Below the pieces are notes generated by a model. It saw only the letters and a list, made by a program, of their open reading frames with translations. It searched no databases and was not told the origin of the DNA. A program made the translations under genes and the position numbers. A DNA stretch of 64,000 bases, taken from positions 11,532,001 to 11,596,000 of the forward strand of contig CM119382.1 in NCBI GenBank assembly GCA_051294905.1, read 5' to 3'. Of the stretch, positions 38,007 to 52,100 are shown in pieces (position 1 is the stretch's first letter; each line of letters opens with the position of its first letter). This stretch comes from Botryllus schlosseri (Eukaryota).

Positions 38007-41000
38007 TGGTTTTTATCCTCAGAATAAACAATTCCAATGTGACAATACGTCTCGCTTCGGATGCAAAGTTACTGAAGCTACATTTCCTCAGTTTTTGTTT
38101 CTATCGCATCGACGTTACACAAGTCAAGTATGACTGTCTCAGATAATAACCAGAAAGCGCGTCTTTTAATATAGGCATTTGAAAAAGGCGTAGGACACTG
38201 AGCTCCATATTTCATAGCGGAAGAACATTGCATTTAACTTCGACAACTTATTGACACCAATATTTTAGATCATGTAATCGATTTTGTCGATCGTATATAC
38301 GCCTACTTATTATCGACAACCACCTTGATATTGTGAATATATCATAGTCCCTGGGGGTCTGCAGACTAGTTTTAAAGGGTCCGCGAAAGGCAATTGTTGA
38401 AACTACAACTATAAATTATAAAACTAACTTCATTGTCCTAATGTGCCCACATTTTTCTCATTTCCAATGCTTCCCACTAGCCGCAATGACCACACGGACG
38501 ATGCGAAGACATCCAACTCATCAACTCCTCAAATCCCAATGTTATAGTCTACTCAGAATTGAACCCTGGTTGTGCGCAATGTGCAGTTCAAAATATACCC
38601 CAGTCCCCAATGCATGCATTCAAAAGAATGTAGGGGTCTGGGCTAAAATAAAGTTAAGGACCCCTGGACTACATAGTAGATATTCACGGTAGTTACGCCT
38701 ATGCACCAAAAACTCTGTTAGAACTACAGCTGATTTGGTCTGTTTTCAAGTAGTATTGCAAATTTTCTTTGAACGAATATAATCTGCCTGTCTGTCTGTG
38801 TGTATGTCGTGTGTAGGTCTACATCGCATAGAATGGGATAGGACAGAGGGATGCGTGATAATTTGTCATATATGTAACAATAAAAGCAATATCCTCCGGA
38901 AATAAACCCTCTATGCAACACGAGAGGATGGTGCTGTAGAGTCACGCATTCGGGGCAGCAAATTACGACTCAGTACCAAAGCGTCTAATTTAAAATCACA
39001 GTCGCAACTATGGGTCAATTTCGTGGTATCCAGTCTCGACGTCTTCGGAAGTGGAACCTACCTCGAATTTCTACTCTGGTTCCATCGTGACCACCATTAC
39101 ACAAAATCAGCGAATCGTTGGAAATAGTAGAGTGGTAACTTGCTGCGACTCATATCTATGCAGCTCGCCATTTACTTACAGACGTGGTCCAAGTAGTCAG
39201 CACTACTTCTCAAGTAGAATTACAAGTAATAGGCTACCGTGCCACTTAATACTACTCAATTACAAGTAGAATGGTTTGTTTATTGCAGTATAATGTTTGG
39301 GATAGTGATGGTATATCCTTGAGTTTGCCAAGTAGAAACGACATCTTCGCAATATGATTCTCATTGCAAAAAGTCTTTTGAGTATTGGATGGAACCCTCA
39401 GTTCGGTTTTATCAGTTCAACATAACACAAAAATTGCGATACAATGCAAAGAGTTGTCGAAACTAGTCTTTGAAATATTTTGTATTCGGCGCTGTTTATC
39501 ATATTAACCGTGACGAGTCTCGGAAAACCTTTGGAAACCAAAAGGAATCACAAGCAAAATGTTCGTCGGGGAGCCCTGATGTAGGGAACTCCGGGCATGA
39601 CCGAGATATTTTATAATGATACGAAGTATCTCGAGGTCACGTTGTCTTGTGATGCGACTATAATTATTCCCACGCGTTACTGGCGTTTACTATATCGTAT
39701 GTCGAACACAAAATATCAGATAGCTCCAATACAAAGGCCATGTCGACCATAATTCAGTGAAATATGGTGTAAATATGGCGATAAGAAGGCGGACAGTTGG
39801 CCTACCATTAAGACAATTGTTTACACAAATCGTTCGATATGGGAGTAAAATCATATCAGACTGATGGTAAATTTCACTCAATTGCATTAGTAATAACAAC
39901 ATACTCGATGCCGACTACCGGTAATCTTCATTCACTAACGCTTGCGACTAATAAAAGCCACGCTAACCTAACTTGCATAGCTAGCCTACTTCGCTGAATA
40001 TTTTATTTGATAAAATCATATCTTTTCTGTTGGTACAGCGCCACTATTTGCCGGTCTTTGAAGTCCGTTTTTCCGTACGCACTTATCACTGCAGTGATGT
40101 TTTAGAGCTGGACGCGAATGTGGGAAGGGTCAACAGCATGTCTAAACCGCGGCCTTAAAATAGAGTATGCTTAGCTAAAAGCCCGACAAACACATTTCTT
40201 ACACAAACCATGACAAATCTTGGGTGTCCATGATTGCATGATTTTAAAGTAAACCCAATAACCTGATTAACGGTTCGGACACTTTGCCATATTCGAAATT
40301 TCTGATTTCTGAAATTTCTGAAAGTTCAACATGCCGTGTCGTTCTCCACATATTGTATTTTCTTTATCTCCACTACGAAACATCGCCTCCGTGTTATTTT
40401 AGGGATGTATGACGCTCTCGATGTTGGTGGCAATATACCTACGACTTCGTAAAAGGGAAGCCAATCTTATATTGACCGGTCCGTCCTTTTTAAGGCCAAA
40501 CTCTTCATGTGGTTCTGGAGTAGAACTGCATCTAACTATATTCTTCGCAGAAGGGTCGTGTTAGGACATAGACTACGGTGGCAGCGTAGCATGTGAGATA
40601 CGATGCAGAGTACAATTAGATGATAGGAATTGGTATTTTGTTATCAAGCCCGAGGTGGCCACGGCCCGTTTCATATGAACTGAACTTGATGCTTGTTGTT
40701 TGTTGTATTTCTTTCTGATTCGGAATATATTTCAATTTCCAAGTTTTGGCGAATTCAGTGATTCCAATTCTAATCTAATTTATATTTAATAAAAAATACT
40801 GCGTAGCTATAATTCTAATTCTAATCATATTTGAAAAAAATGGAAATTTTCTAATTGCCAACTTCGTTGTCAATGCTGTTCGTGTTTTGACGCGAAACAC
40901 ACAGCCTCGCGAAACGCAGTCGCCGATAGTATCAATTTCATAAGTTTTCCATAAGTTTCTCACCAGTCAATTTCAATTTCATAAGTTGCACTCACTTCAT

Positions 41001-42635
41001 CGTATTACCCGACTATTTGAATAACGAGGAAGTCAATTTCTTACAGCTATCGTCAACACTAATGGGCTTCAAGGGATAATACCTTGTTTTCTCCCGATTT
41101 CCCCGTTATCTTAGTTTTAGTCCGAGCCTGGCATCGAAATTGCAACTTTAGACTTAGCTTTTTAACGAATGCGGGCAATAATACCAATCGAAAATAGGGC
41201 GTCGAAGATCATAACCGATTCAGGGTAGCATACGGGTAGGTGCAGCCAGAATGTAATTAGGATTCGCAAGGAAACCGCTAATAGTTTGCTTTACAATGAT
41301 GCGTTACCGAATAATTATGAGGATACTTCAGGTATAGCCTCCTCTGTTTGTCATGCAAATGGAAAACTTCACCAACGTTAATTCTAAAGACTTACAGAAA
41401 AATAAGAAGTAGGCTACACTCTCGGTCGGCGGCGTATGAGGCGTATACATAAACCACAATTTTGATGTAGATGTAGTGATATTACTGATATGTATACTGA
41501 CAGCTTCGATATAAGGCGCTGGGTCTGACTAATGCCCACGAATAGCGCGCTTGACATACCGCCAGACTTCTGCTGCGCTTATGCGTTGTGCTAGATGCAG
41601 TAAGTGACCAATTGAAAACATCACATCAACTCTTGATTTATTCACGGAAGATGAGACACTGTCGGATCGATCATATCTAATTACACTCTCGTTTGATGAT
41701 TATTTCACAACGCTTTATCTGGGGCTACATTATTAAGTCGCTTGCTCCATCATCAGGATAAAACAATGCATGTAACTTATTGGTCAGAGCAGCCGAGTGT
41801 GACTGAGTGAGAATCATGCAGGCAACTATGTATGTATTCAACGAATAATGGGATATCATAAGGAAAATAGTCGTGCATATATTGTTCACGCTTCATACTT
41901 TGAATAATGCAAAGAATATTATACTTATTTCACCAAAGGATTAAGTGACCGTGCTCGATACGAATTGGAAAAGGGCATTAACCATATCCGACGACCATGA
42001 TAATTTCATTATAGTATGATTTGATCTAGAAGCAGAACATTTAGTTGGTACTTGGTTCGTCAGGAGTAGAAATTGCGGTTAGGCCCGCTCCAAGCCGTTA
42101 GGGGGTGAAATACATTTGATCGGCAGAGTAGGCTACCAATATTATACTGTGTAGACAACAGGCAGCGACCGGCGACCGTGGAGAATCATGCTTTCGAAGC
42201 TAGGTATTGACGTATATCTACAAATCGCTACCTAGTTTCAACCTAAACTTCAAAACAGCATGCTAGCAGATAGTATCGAAACCGCCTTATTATAGGGCCT
42301 TGATGTAAACCCAGTTGAGCGCACCATTTCCATTTCTCGCCAGCCACCCATGAAAAAACGTTGTTTGCTTCGGTATACCGTCGAGTTAGCGGCCATGCGA
42401 ATCGTATGTTTCAACTTCTCGGGCATATCTAGCAATGGTGCTTCACCGCATACGGTCAAGCTATGGCCCTGCCTTATGATCTGTCCAACTGGCCTATTAT
42501 TATCTGGTAAGATAGCATTTTGGCGATTTGCCGTAGGTGGCGCTCAGTAAAAGACTGAGTGTTCATGCGAACAATTTTATTAGCGCTATCCAAGTCAGGG
42601 GATCGACACCGTATAAGACGCCGCTAGCGGGATTT

Positions 42636-43226
42636 CTATGGTGCTGAACTTAAGCTGCTTCTCCGATACGCGTCCAATTTCGGAAAATTCAATTTACCCG
42701 TCGAGTCGGTGTTGCTTTGGGGCTGCGAGGAGCACCTTCGCAACGACGATTTCGTGGAGCGCCAGTGGTGCGGGTATTTCGACATGTGACGCATGTGCCG
42801 TTGCTGCCGTTGCCAATCGTCTTCCCACTCCGCGTGCCTGTAGTGAGGCTCTTTCGTCGAGAGACGCTTCAAAATGGCTTGGTTTTCATGGGTAACACGC
42901 AGCAGCTCTCTCTGCCGCCTGGTTGTGTTCAAGCTTTTCGGCTGGTACTCGTTCTCCATGTCTACGCGGCCTTGCGTTCTCATCGTGTAGCTGATTTTCT
43001 CCATCAGTATACGGTTGTCTCTTTCTATGCTAGCTAGTCTTTCTTCCTCTACTTTAAGCTTCTTCAACTTTAGGTACAAGTGCATAAAAGTAGACGGCGG
43101 CCTGTTGTCAATCACTGGCTTCGCGAACATCACGTTCTGCCTGTGTTTGTCAAACAGCTTCTGGTCCCATTTTCGTTTTAACCATTTGTTATTCGCCGGG
43201 GTAACGGGCTGATAATACCTATGCAT
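42636..43226 (-). CDS. CFAP97D: CFAP97-domain (KIAA1430/Hemingway family) ciliary protein, CFAP97D-like, 196 aa, intronless
   Basis: MHRYYQPVTPANNKWL..KW, LKLKKLKVEEERLASIERDNRILMEKI, KSLN..RRQRELLRVTHENQAILKRL, W..DW. ATG at 43226 (the supplied ORF starts at an upstream TTG); AATAAA at 42576-42581. Confidence 0.92.
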   Translation of the reverse strand: MHRYYQPVTPANNKWLKRKWDQKLFDKHRQNVMFAKPVIDNRPPSTFMHLYLKLKKLKVEEERLASIERDNRILMEKISYTMRTQGRVDMENEYQPKSLNTTRRQRELLRVTHENQAILKRLSTKEPHYRHAEWEDDWQRQQRHMRHMSKYPHHWRSTKSSLRRCSSQPQSNTDSTGKLNFPKLDAYRRSSLSSAP

Positions 43227-43783
43227 CTTCCTGAACTTTATCGCAATACGGGGATTGTTTTTCAAATTTCCACAATACTTACAAAATAAGATGATACTGG
43301 CATTATTACGTCACACCAGATTGATTTAACAATGATTCAATGAAGACGTTAGTAATGGCAAATTCTCGATTTCTCTTTCGCTGGTCACATTGTTAGTGGT
43401 TGTTGTGTGCGAATTTTCAATTTATACCACGCTTGAAGTTTTTGTCGGGAAGAAGCAAAAAATACATCACCATTAAACGTGCTACACTTTCAGGATGTTT
43501 TATTGTTTACTTATACACTGATTCAATTACCTCTTTGTTGAATGAATCTGCGGGTGAAAAATGCATATCTATACGTATGGAGTAACTCTACTGCGGGATT
43601 TCCCAAAGCATAGCCCATTTAATCCCCTTCCGTTCCAGTTAATGATTTAGGATTACTAGCAGCGTTACAATAGACTCACGTTGGAATTTTCAACGGTATA
43701 CTGTCACGAATCATAGCGATAGGTAAAAGTACAACATTGATATCACCAATTGTGCTAAATCCGCTCATCGCGTAACTGAACAC

Positions 43784-44298
43784 TAGGGCTGGGCACAATG
43801 ATTCGAGTACTCGAATCTGAATCGAGTATTAATTTCCATGATTCGAGTCGAGTAGGAAAATATGATTTTTTCGAGTACTGAAATTATGCGCTTCTCGCAG
43901 CTGAAAGTTAAAGTACCAACGAGAATTATAGTTTTCATACTATTCTTCACCGAGGAAGCCTTGAAACCTTGATTGGCCGTGTCGCAGCATACGAGACATA
44001 GTACAAAGCTACGAACGTTACTGGAAAAGCATATTTTCGAAGTCGTGATCATCCCTCAACATTGTCAAGAAGTGCAATAAAATCGGTATGGTCGAAAAAA
44101 ATACCAAAGTATCTTTATTGTGACGGATAACAGGCATTTTATCCTTTGTGGTGGCATAAAAGGTACATATTTTAGCTTTAATATACTACATTCTGTTATG
44201 ACGTCATAATGAGTGATACTCGAATACTCGACTCGACTCGAAGCAGAATGCGTGATTCAGAATCGAATCACTCAGGTACTCGATTTTGCCCAGCCCTA
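43784..44298. mobile_element. hAT MITE with ACTCGA / TCGAGT arrays
   Basis: TIR TAGGGCTGGGCA / TGCCCAGCCCTA; perfect TSD CTGAACAC. Decayed relative at about 45573-45920. Confidence 0.92.
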
Positions 44299-46660
44299 CT
44301 GAACACAGGCTTGCATCGTACGCATCTCAGCAACTTACTTTGAATATATATTATTTGAATTTCTTATGGATGACGTTTGACCACCCTCACGATTCTAGAA
44401 TTAATTATTGCTCAAAAATAGAATTAGCCCGTGTTTGAGACTTGGGAGCGATATGATGAGCGATGAACATTGTATCGAGGCAAGGAAGACGATGTATTCG
44501 ATGATGTTACGAGACGAGCATAAAATATTCATAAAACAATTCAACGCCGAGTGTCAAACCGCCTTGAAAGCCGTGATTTCATTTCCAATACTTACGACTT
44601 CATTCTATTGCGAGATAAGTTGGCCGTTGGGAGCAATGCTTGCTGTTTGTAGTAGACTACACGTCTTTGAAATGAAATAAAATGTCAGATTTAAGGGGAG
44701 AAAAGCACCGCGATGTTGTTTATGTTGCACTTCGTCACAACGACGAAGGCAGAGAATGTACTCACAGCAACTCCAGCGGTACGCAGAATATACGTCATGT
44801 TGTTAACGATGTCATGATTTGTGAAAAAGAACATGCCCATGTCTACTTCTACTATGTCTACTCGTTCATGTCTGCATGTCATGCACAAATTGCAAAATCC
44901 ACATGTAAAGCAACATTCAAAGTCGGTTAATGCAGTGTAAAACATGTCACATGCTTGTAGTTGTATCAGTTCATGACCCGTACACACAATATTACCGAAT
45001 TGGAGAAATTAAGTAGGACGCCCGAACGATACATGCCGTGCTCAACAATGCTGGCCATGACCATTTAATAAAATTGGAGTTGTACGTACAAGGTACAACC
45101 TCTTCCTTATTGGATTGAAAGTACCTGCTCCGTTTATAGCGTAGCCTACACCAGCAGCGATGGAGATATGTTATTCGTATTTGCTTGATTAAATATTCAA
45201 ATAACTGACACGCACATATACACCTGTCCTATTGTCGCTGCTATATAATGTGGCAACAAAGTTATGTACGCAGATTCGTGTTGCTCATTTACGCCTCGTT
45301 CATCTGTATAGGTATGGTATGTTTGAAGGGGGGAAACACTAATATACTATTTAAAAATCGAAAACATCACAGTTGATAGCCCGGATTCCAGGTCAGCAAT
45401 TGTTTACAAATAACTGTGTGATTATGCAATGTGCTCGCGAGAATATTTCCGTATCTTCTTCATCGCGTCACGTGAACCCATTATAGAACTTCGGCTACTT
45501 CGAAAATTTGATAAGCATTTCGCGAGTTACAGATGTGGTTAGACCCATAGCACACACTTATCAGTCACCACTAGGGTTGGGAAAATCAATTTGAGTACAA
45601 TACGATGATTTCAGTCGAGTACAGTGAGAAGCGATTTTTTCGAGCACTGAAATGCTACGCTTGTCTCTATGTGTAATATACTGTCAACGAATATTACAGT
45701 TTTGACACTTTCTTGCCACTTTGAAGTGTTGTATACCTGGCATTATTTTTATTATGGTTGCCTACCTAAAAGATACATATTTCAACTGTCCAAATCATCC
45801 AATGTTATGGCGTCATAAGGACCAATGAGTGATACACGAATACACGAATCGACTCGGAGACCAATACTGTACTCCATTTAAAATGGTATCACCCAGCTGA
45901 CCCAGGTAATCGATTCTGCCCATTCCGAGTCATCACAAATGAAAACCTGTAAATTGGTAAATTCAGTAAATTTCATATTCCTGTTTTGTAATGCGTAAAA
46001 CAACGTTAGGTATATGAACCCGGTAACCTGCGAAGTTCATGTTGTTTACAGCGCTAGTTTGCGACACTTCGAAGCTGCCTGACAGACATGTCATAGATGT
46101 AAATATTATCATTTTCATACACATATCGACCTCAAACGAATTCACGCTATACAGTAGCACATGTTTTAGCGGTATTTCCGGCACGCGCGCTTGACACTCC
46201 TCTATACATTTGCTTTAAATCCATAGTGCCTTTGTCTCACCCCATTCTCTTTATATAGCGCTCAACGTGACTTGATAAGTTAAAATTCGGCTGTTGTATG
46301 AATTTCAAGACTGCATGATCGGTGCGAACAATTGCGATGTAACTTGGTGAAATTTCAATACATGACAGAGATATCTGAAGTGTGCCGTAAATCCTACGTT
46401 AATATACAGAGCTGGTTCTTTTCTATTATACTCATAAAGATACAGATTCAGGAGTAGTAGGCATCTGCATACTCTGCAGTATAAATGGCAGCCATACGAC
46501 AGGCTAGGCTTCATTCGAATATCATTTTAGAGTCTGGTATAACATTTTCAATGTTCTGTATAGCACTCTCTATAAACCGCTACTTACACTCCATAGATCA
46601 TATACACAGGTATCAAGTGCGACCAGTAATCATCTGAATATATAATCTACATATGAGAGG

Positions 46661-46733
46661 ATGAGACGGAACATCCCGCACGTTACCGCGATATTTGTGT
46701 GTATATGTGTGAGCATAGCGCTGAAAGATGTCG
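46661..46733 (+). CDS. TPO: Thyroid peroxidase-like, exon 1 (signal peptide)
   Basis: MRRNIPHVTAIFVCICVSIALKDV-G|GTAAGC, phase 1. Confidence 0.8.
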
Positions 46734-46793
46734 GTAAGCAACAACTGTACGATTTGCATGCCACATTTTTCTGCTAACAGACTTCTTTATTAG

Positions 46794-46897
46794 ACGCAGA
46801 CGGACGAGAAGATACTCTTGCCAGAGAATGCATGCAGCAGGCGAAGGAAAACGTTAATAGAGCGATTCGTAGAACGGAGATTCGATACACGAAAGAT
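46794..46897 (+). CDS. TPO: TPO-like, exon 2 (propeptide)
   Basis: After a 60-nt intron: DADGREDTLARECMQQAKENVNRAIRRTEIRYTKD|GTAAGA. Confidence 0.8.
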
Positions 46898-47832
46898 GTA
46901 AGATTGTGGTGAAATCATGATTCGTGTTAGATTTATCAATATATTTATGCAATCTGTCAGCATGTACTGCTAATGGAATATATGACGTTTTAAGGTACAG
47001 TGTTCCCCGCTTCTCTTTTCATTTCATACTATTGACAAACCTACCTTCGATAATATCTTGAGCTAACTTGTGATATTGCTGTATAAGTACTTTTGACTCT
47101 GTATAATATATGCTACTTAAACACATGAAGTTGAACAATACCTCAGCTGATACATTAAGTCCTATACATAAATTTTGGATCTCGGTGATATTTCGAAGCA
47201 GTGTGTTAGTCCTATAACATCATTCGGATGGATGACATTTGGATTAGAACAAGGTTTTGAAATCTGTATTACATCAGGGTCATATAAATAACTTGATGCA
47301 AACTCTGCGTGGCTGCACAACGAACGGAATTAACATCGTCTTGGCAGGTAGAGCACATCAGCACCTCCTTGACGCTGATTAGATTTCTACATCGAATATA
47401 TTTAGATCAGTTCCGGGGTGTTGAAATGCGCAGTGAACATTCACAAAATCACAGTAATGTCGAGAACTAAATAGCAGCTTTGATTTCGTTTTCCGCCGAA
47501 AGCAGCACGTCGCAAGAGACCTCGCGATTCAGAGCCTGCAAGCACAGGATGTCAATGTCATCACCTGTGAAAATCAATCAAGATTCATTGTTTCACAATT
47601 TAGTCAAGACATATTTTCCGCTATTTGTCGGCTTATGGAACTTATTGTTGACACATACATACCGAATTTCACATTCTAGCCTAAATGTTAAGGTATCAAT
47701 ATATATCCACATTAGACGCATGTACTTTAAGCCTTCATTTAAATTTATTGGGGGGTCCGAGACCAGCAGTACGGTTATTTAGGGAGCGAGAGCGAACATA
47801 TTACAAGCGATTGTTCCATGTTTGTATTTCAG

Positions 47833-47969
47833 GATATATGGTCGAGTCCGATGGACCTTTTGCAATATTTTAAGCGGCCACCGACGGAAGAAACTATGAT
47901 CATGGCCAGAGCCGGAGACATATTTGAAACAGCCGTGAGCACTTTTCACAAAAAGTTAAATCACAAACG
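47833..47969 (+). CDS. TPO: TPO-like, exon 3
   Basis: SPMDLLQYFKRPPTEETMIMARAGDIFETA resembles the MPO-family propeptide SPMELLSYFKQP; phase-2 donor. Confidence 0.88.
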
Positions 47970-48403
47970 GTATGGGAATTTTATGAAATAATCGTACGCC
48001 TTGGACTATTCCCATACCTATCGAATGTTGTATATGTTCTTTTTTTTTTACTTATTGCAATATCGCATACGGGTATCGTGCCAGAGCTAGGTGATTATGA
48101 CGTGTTTACTGTTTATCTTGTTCGGTCACAATGTATTGCGATGTAAATGCGGGGGTAAGTGTACTTGACCGTTGGGATAATTTTATTTTTCTCGGCAATT
48201 TTAACAGGCCGATTTCTCATTTTTTTCTCATTTATTGATGACACAAATGTAAACTTGATTAGATCCCGCACTGACTGCTTGTGTTACAGCGGTGGCATTT
48301 GGTGGATTTGATACAATTACGTGGGCTCGATTTTCGCCATTTCTATGCCTAATATAATCTATATTACGAATTTAGCGTGGAACATACACTGTTAGAAAAA
48401 TCC

Positions 48404-48655
48404 GTAAATTTACACCTTTTTGAGCAGTAAACGAGTTTACATACGTGGTCGTAACGAAATTTACTGTTATTTAAGCCGTAGTCAATTACGGACACGAGAT
48501 CGTAATTCGATTCACCGAATCAATCTGTAAATTTACACCTTTTGAGCAGTAACGAGTTTACATGCATGGTCGTAATGAAATTTACTGTTATTTCCGCCGT
48601 ATTCATTTACGGACATGAGATCGTAATTCGATTCACCGAATCAATCCGTAAATTA
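48404..48655. repeat. About 122-bp tandem repeat x2 (left subterminal)
   Basis: GTAAATT unit starts at 48404, 48527 and 48648. Confidence 0.9.
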
Positions 48656-49189
48656 TTTCATTTGTTACACGTATGGGTGGGCATTTCCTGTGGCCAAGAA
48701 AGAAAGATTTTGATAAAATTGTAATTCCATATACAATATGGTTACATAAACGCGTAGAGTATTACGATTTTGCTAGTACGATTTTAGCACGTCGTTGCTG
48801 ACAATCAGCATTTTGAAAATATGCATTTATAGGTATAGGAATTCAATATCGCAACAATCAATAGGTTCATGTTGACATAATTTCAGTAGGCCAGCCGTTC
48901 TAACACCAAGTAGGCTTAAGAATAGATTGTATGGTGATACATCGACTTTAAGGGTTATAGTCATCTTTATATTTAATAACAGGAGCTAATCAGGCGCAAA
49001 GTCACTCAACTCGCAATTGTCATAGTTGAGTGACTTTCATCAGGCGGGAAGCCAGCGATAGTTCTTTTGTTCGATTTTCGATATCCCAGGGGATTAGCGA
49101 GGAAGATTGAGGTTAAGAATTACCAGACGGGATACAGCGGTTGTTCTCGGCAAACAGTTGCGGGTGTGACAGAAGGGTTTCTTTCATAG

Positions 49190-52100
49190 AATAAGGAAGA
49201 TCAGTATATGCTTGCACATTATTCCAAGCATACTGGTAGGGTTGATGGAAAGGAACACATCATTCGCATGATGGACAGTAGCTATGGTGCCTCATCCAAA
49301 CGTAAGTATAGCTATCCTTATATTTTGATATAGATAATGCTATGTCACTACATGACTCCCCAGACTCGGTCGTTATTATATTGCCTGTCGCAGACAAAAG
49401 CTCAAAATTCGTTTTATTTCAATATTGAGTTGTGAATGTTTGCAGACAGCTATCTTACTGTTATCTTTTATAAAAGGAACCCGTTCTCTCTTCAGGGCGT
49501 TGAAAAAGGTGAAGTCAGTGAGGGTTGTCACCACAATGGAAAGAATTTCGACAATATGCAAAATGCTTCAATCGCAATCATACACGGCTTCTATTGGCAT
49601 GCTCTAGTTACTATGTTCATACTTTGATGAGCCAATCTCGCAAATATTCAGGCGAATGGTAAGCAAAAAGCCTTCTTTTATTCATAGTTGTTAGTTTATA
49701 ATTCTCGTTAATAAATTACCTTTCACTTTTCAGTGGAGAGACGCGTATAGTTTCAGTACACGAAAAAATGTCTCTTACTCAACTCAAATAATTACAATAA
49801 TAATTGATTCAGATTCGAGTAGTCGAATCATTGCAGTCATTTGTTGCCATTTACCATTATTTGATAGATGACTCCAACAATCAAACAAGTCCAAATGATG
49901 TCAATGAAGGTGTGTCTTAATAATCCAATCCATATCTGTTTTCAGGAAAGTGTTAAAGGAGACTTTGTGGAGGAGGCTCCAAATCATCCGTTCTTGGTCG
50001 CAATCGGTAAGTTATTGTTTAGATTGCAATGCAATAGTTTTGGAAGTGACATTTTATGCTTATGATTACACCAATTCATGTCAGCATGCGCTATATAATT
50101 TTAGGAATTAGCGTGGAAAGTTAGCGGGAATGTATCTAATAAAAATCACAATTTGGAGGTGATTCGAGTCGATTCAAGTCAAGTCGCGAGTCAAGTCACA
50201 TTACCAATTAATACTAACTAATATGACACAATTCAAGTCGGCGCCAATAGTTGAGGAGTATATAAACGATAGTCGAATTCATTTTCAATAAAACAATATG
50301 TTTGGTTAATGGCCAAGGTACGAACAGAGACAGATATTTTGCTAATAAATTAATTTACTACTTGTTTACCACAAAGTAAACTGTAAACTTCGAACACTTC
50401 GTTTGTGGTCAATTTATTTGCGAGAGAACAATGGCGGCTCTGTAAAACACACCATAATGAAATGATTGGTAGCTGTCACTGGTTACACCAGCGTTGCGCG
50501 AACAATCCGGACATATGCAAGATTCATTTATTTTCATCGACACCGATAACTTTATCACTTGGAATTGACTCCTGAATTTTGATCCGAGTCACGAGTCAAT
50601 CCACATTCCTGATACGTCAAGTCAAGTCGTTTTAACAAATTGACTCGAGTCAAGTCAAGTTTTACAAAAAGATGACTCGAATCAAGTCTTGACTGGAGTC
50701 ATCCCAACACTGGTTTACCACAACCACCTCTAAATTGATATGATTTATTAAGATGCTAATCTGACTACAATACCCGTGCATTTTTTGGCTCGACCGTCCA
50801 CTGTACAGACAAGTTTCTGATAACCGCCGAAAAATCGACGGAATCCTTCTACTCTGCAGTTGCTTATTTCTTCGCCTGCTTCTATGTCTTCAATATGGAG
50901 TACCCAGAAGAAGCAACAGCTGCATTGGAGTTCGTGCAAAGGTGAGCTATGAGTGAGAGTGAGACCACAATTGAAACAGATTATACTAAATTTAATTGAT
51001 ACTAATTATGCACCTGGACTCCCCGAAACACGTTCTGATCTCGACTATGCCTACCTTTATATGCTTCTATCTTTAATTCTTGTCCCAAGCAGTCTCTGAT
51101 GCTACTTGAGTAGAAGTAATCAATTACATAATTGATGCATCCCATAACCACTAGAGTACTTGTGTAGAAGTGCTTCACAGTTTCCAAATCACGGGCCCGT
51201 GAGAGTGACCCACGGTGTAATTTTCTAAATTAGCCAACCCTGGTCTACGTAAATCAGGGATGACCAAACCGTGGCCCGCGAGAAGGTTTAGAGGGGCCCG
51301 CTAAGTAATTCTTGAAGTTAGTTATAATTTCAAAAAATTAATTACCCAGGTGATGTATTGTGAACTTGCGAGGCCAAACAAAAAATTGATCAGCCTGGTT
51401 GCGAAATGCAGGATCTTGATGACTAAAATATGAATATAACCCAGTCCTTGCCAAGCCAAATGAGCCTAGCTCAGGGCCGGCCAACCCGTGGCCCGCGAGA
51501 AGGTTTTGAGTGGCCCGCGAGGTAATTTCCGAAATTTCTAATATCATCAAAAATGGATTGCACAGATTTTGAGCTTGCAAGGCCAACCAAAAATTTGATT
51601 AGTCTGGCCGCAATACTTGAGATGTGATGACTAAAATATCAGTTCCAACGCATTGACAGATCCATCAGCCATTCACATATTGATACATCTTCTTACACTA
51701 CAATAAAGCAGAATAATTTGCGATAGACTTATCAAAGGGAAAAATTTTCTACAAGCTTAGCGCAAAATGTTGTCACTCGATTTCTTGTTTTTAATATTGT
51801 TGCCCTTTTGTGAAAATGGAAGAACACCTAATGTATCAGATTGAGTCTAACTATATTCGCGATTACAAGACAAAGTGTCGTTCAACATATGCGACCTTGT
51901 GTTTGCGCTCGCAGTAAGACCGTCCACCGTGAAACCTAGGCACGAAATGATTGACGCATGTTGGTCACAGCTTTCGTTATCGATATGTCCATGCGCCGAA
52001 TAGCCCAGTCCTCGCAAACTTAGCCCAGCGAAATACAGCAGGCCCGCAATATAGTTAGGTGACAATATTATTGACCTATGAACTTCAGAAATTCTTCGCG

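Noticed and set aside
40099-40112. GTTTTAGAGCT resembling a Cas9 repeat/sgRNA start
   Set aside because: Single occurrence, no array or cas genes, eukaryotic context.
42638-43212. Plus-strand ORFs overlapping CFAP97D
   Set aside because: Antisense shadows of a real coding region; the same applies to ORFs 18947-19306 and 37354-37626.
44408-44987. Cluster of 80-100 aa ORFs, including a Cys-rich minus ORF
   Set aside because: No recognisable motif or consistent splice sites; left unannotated.
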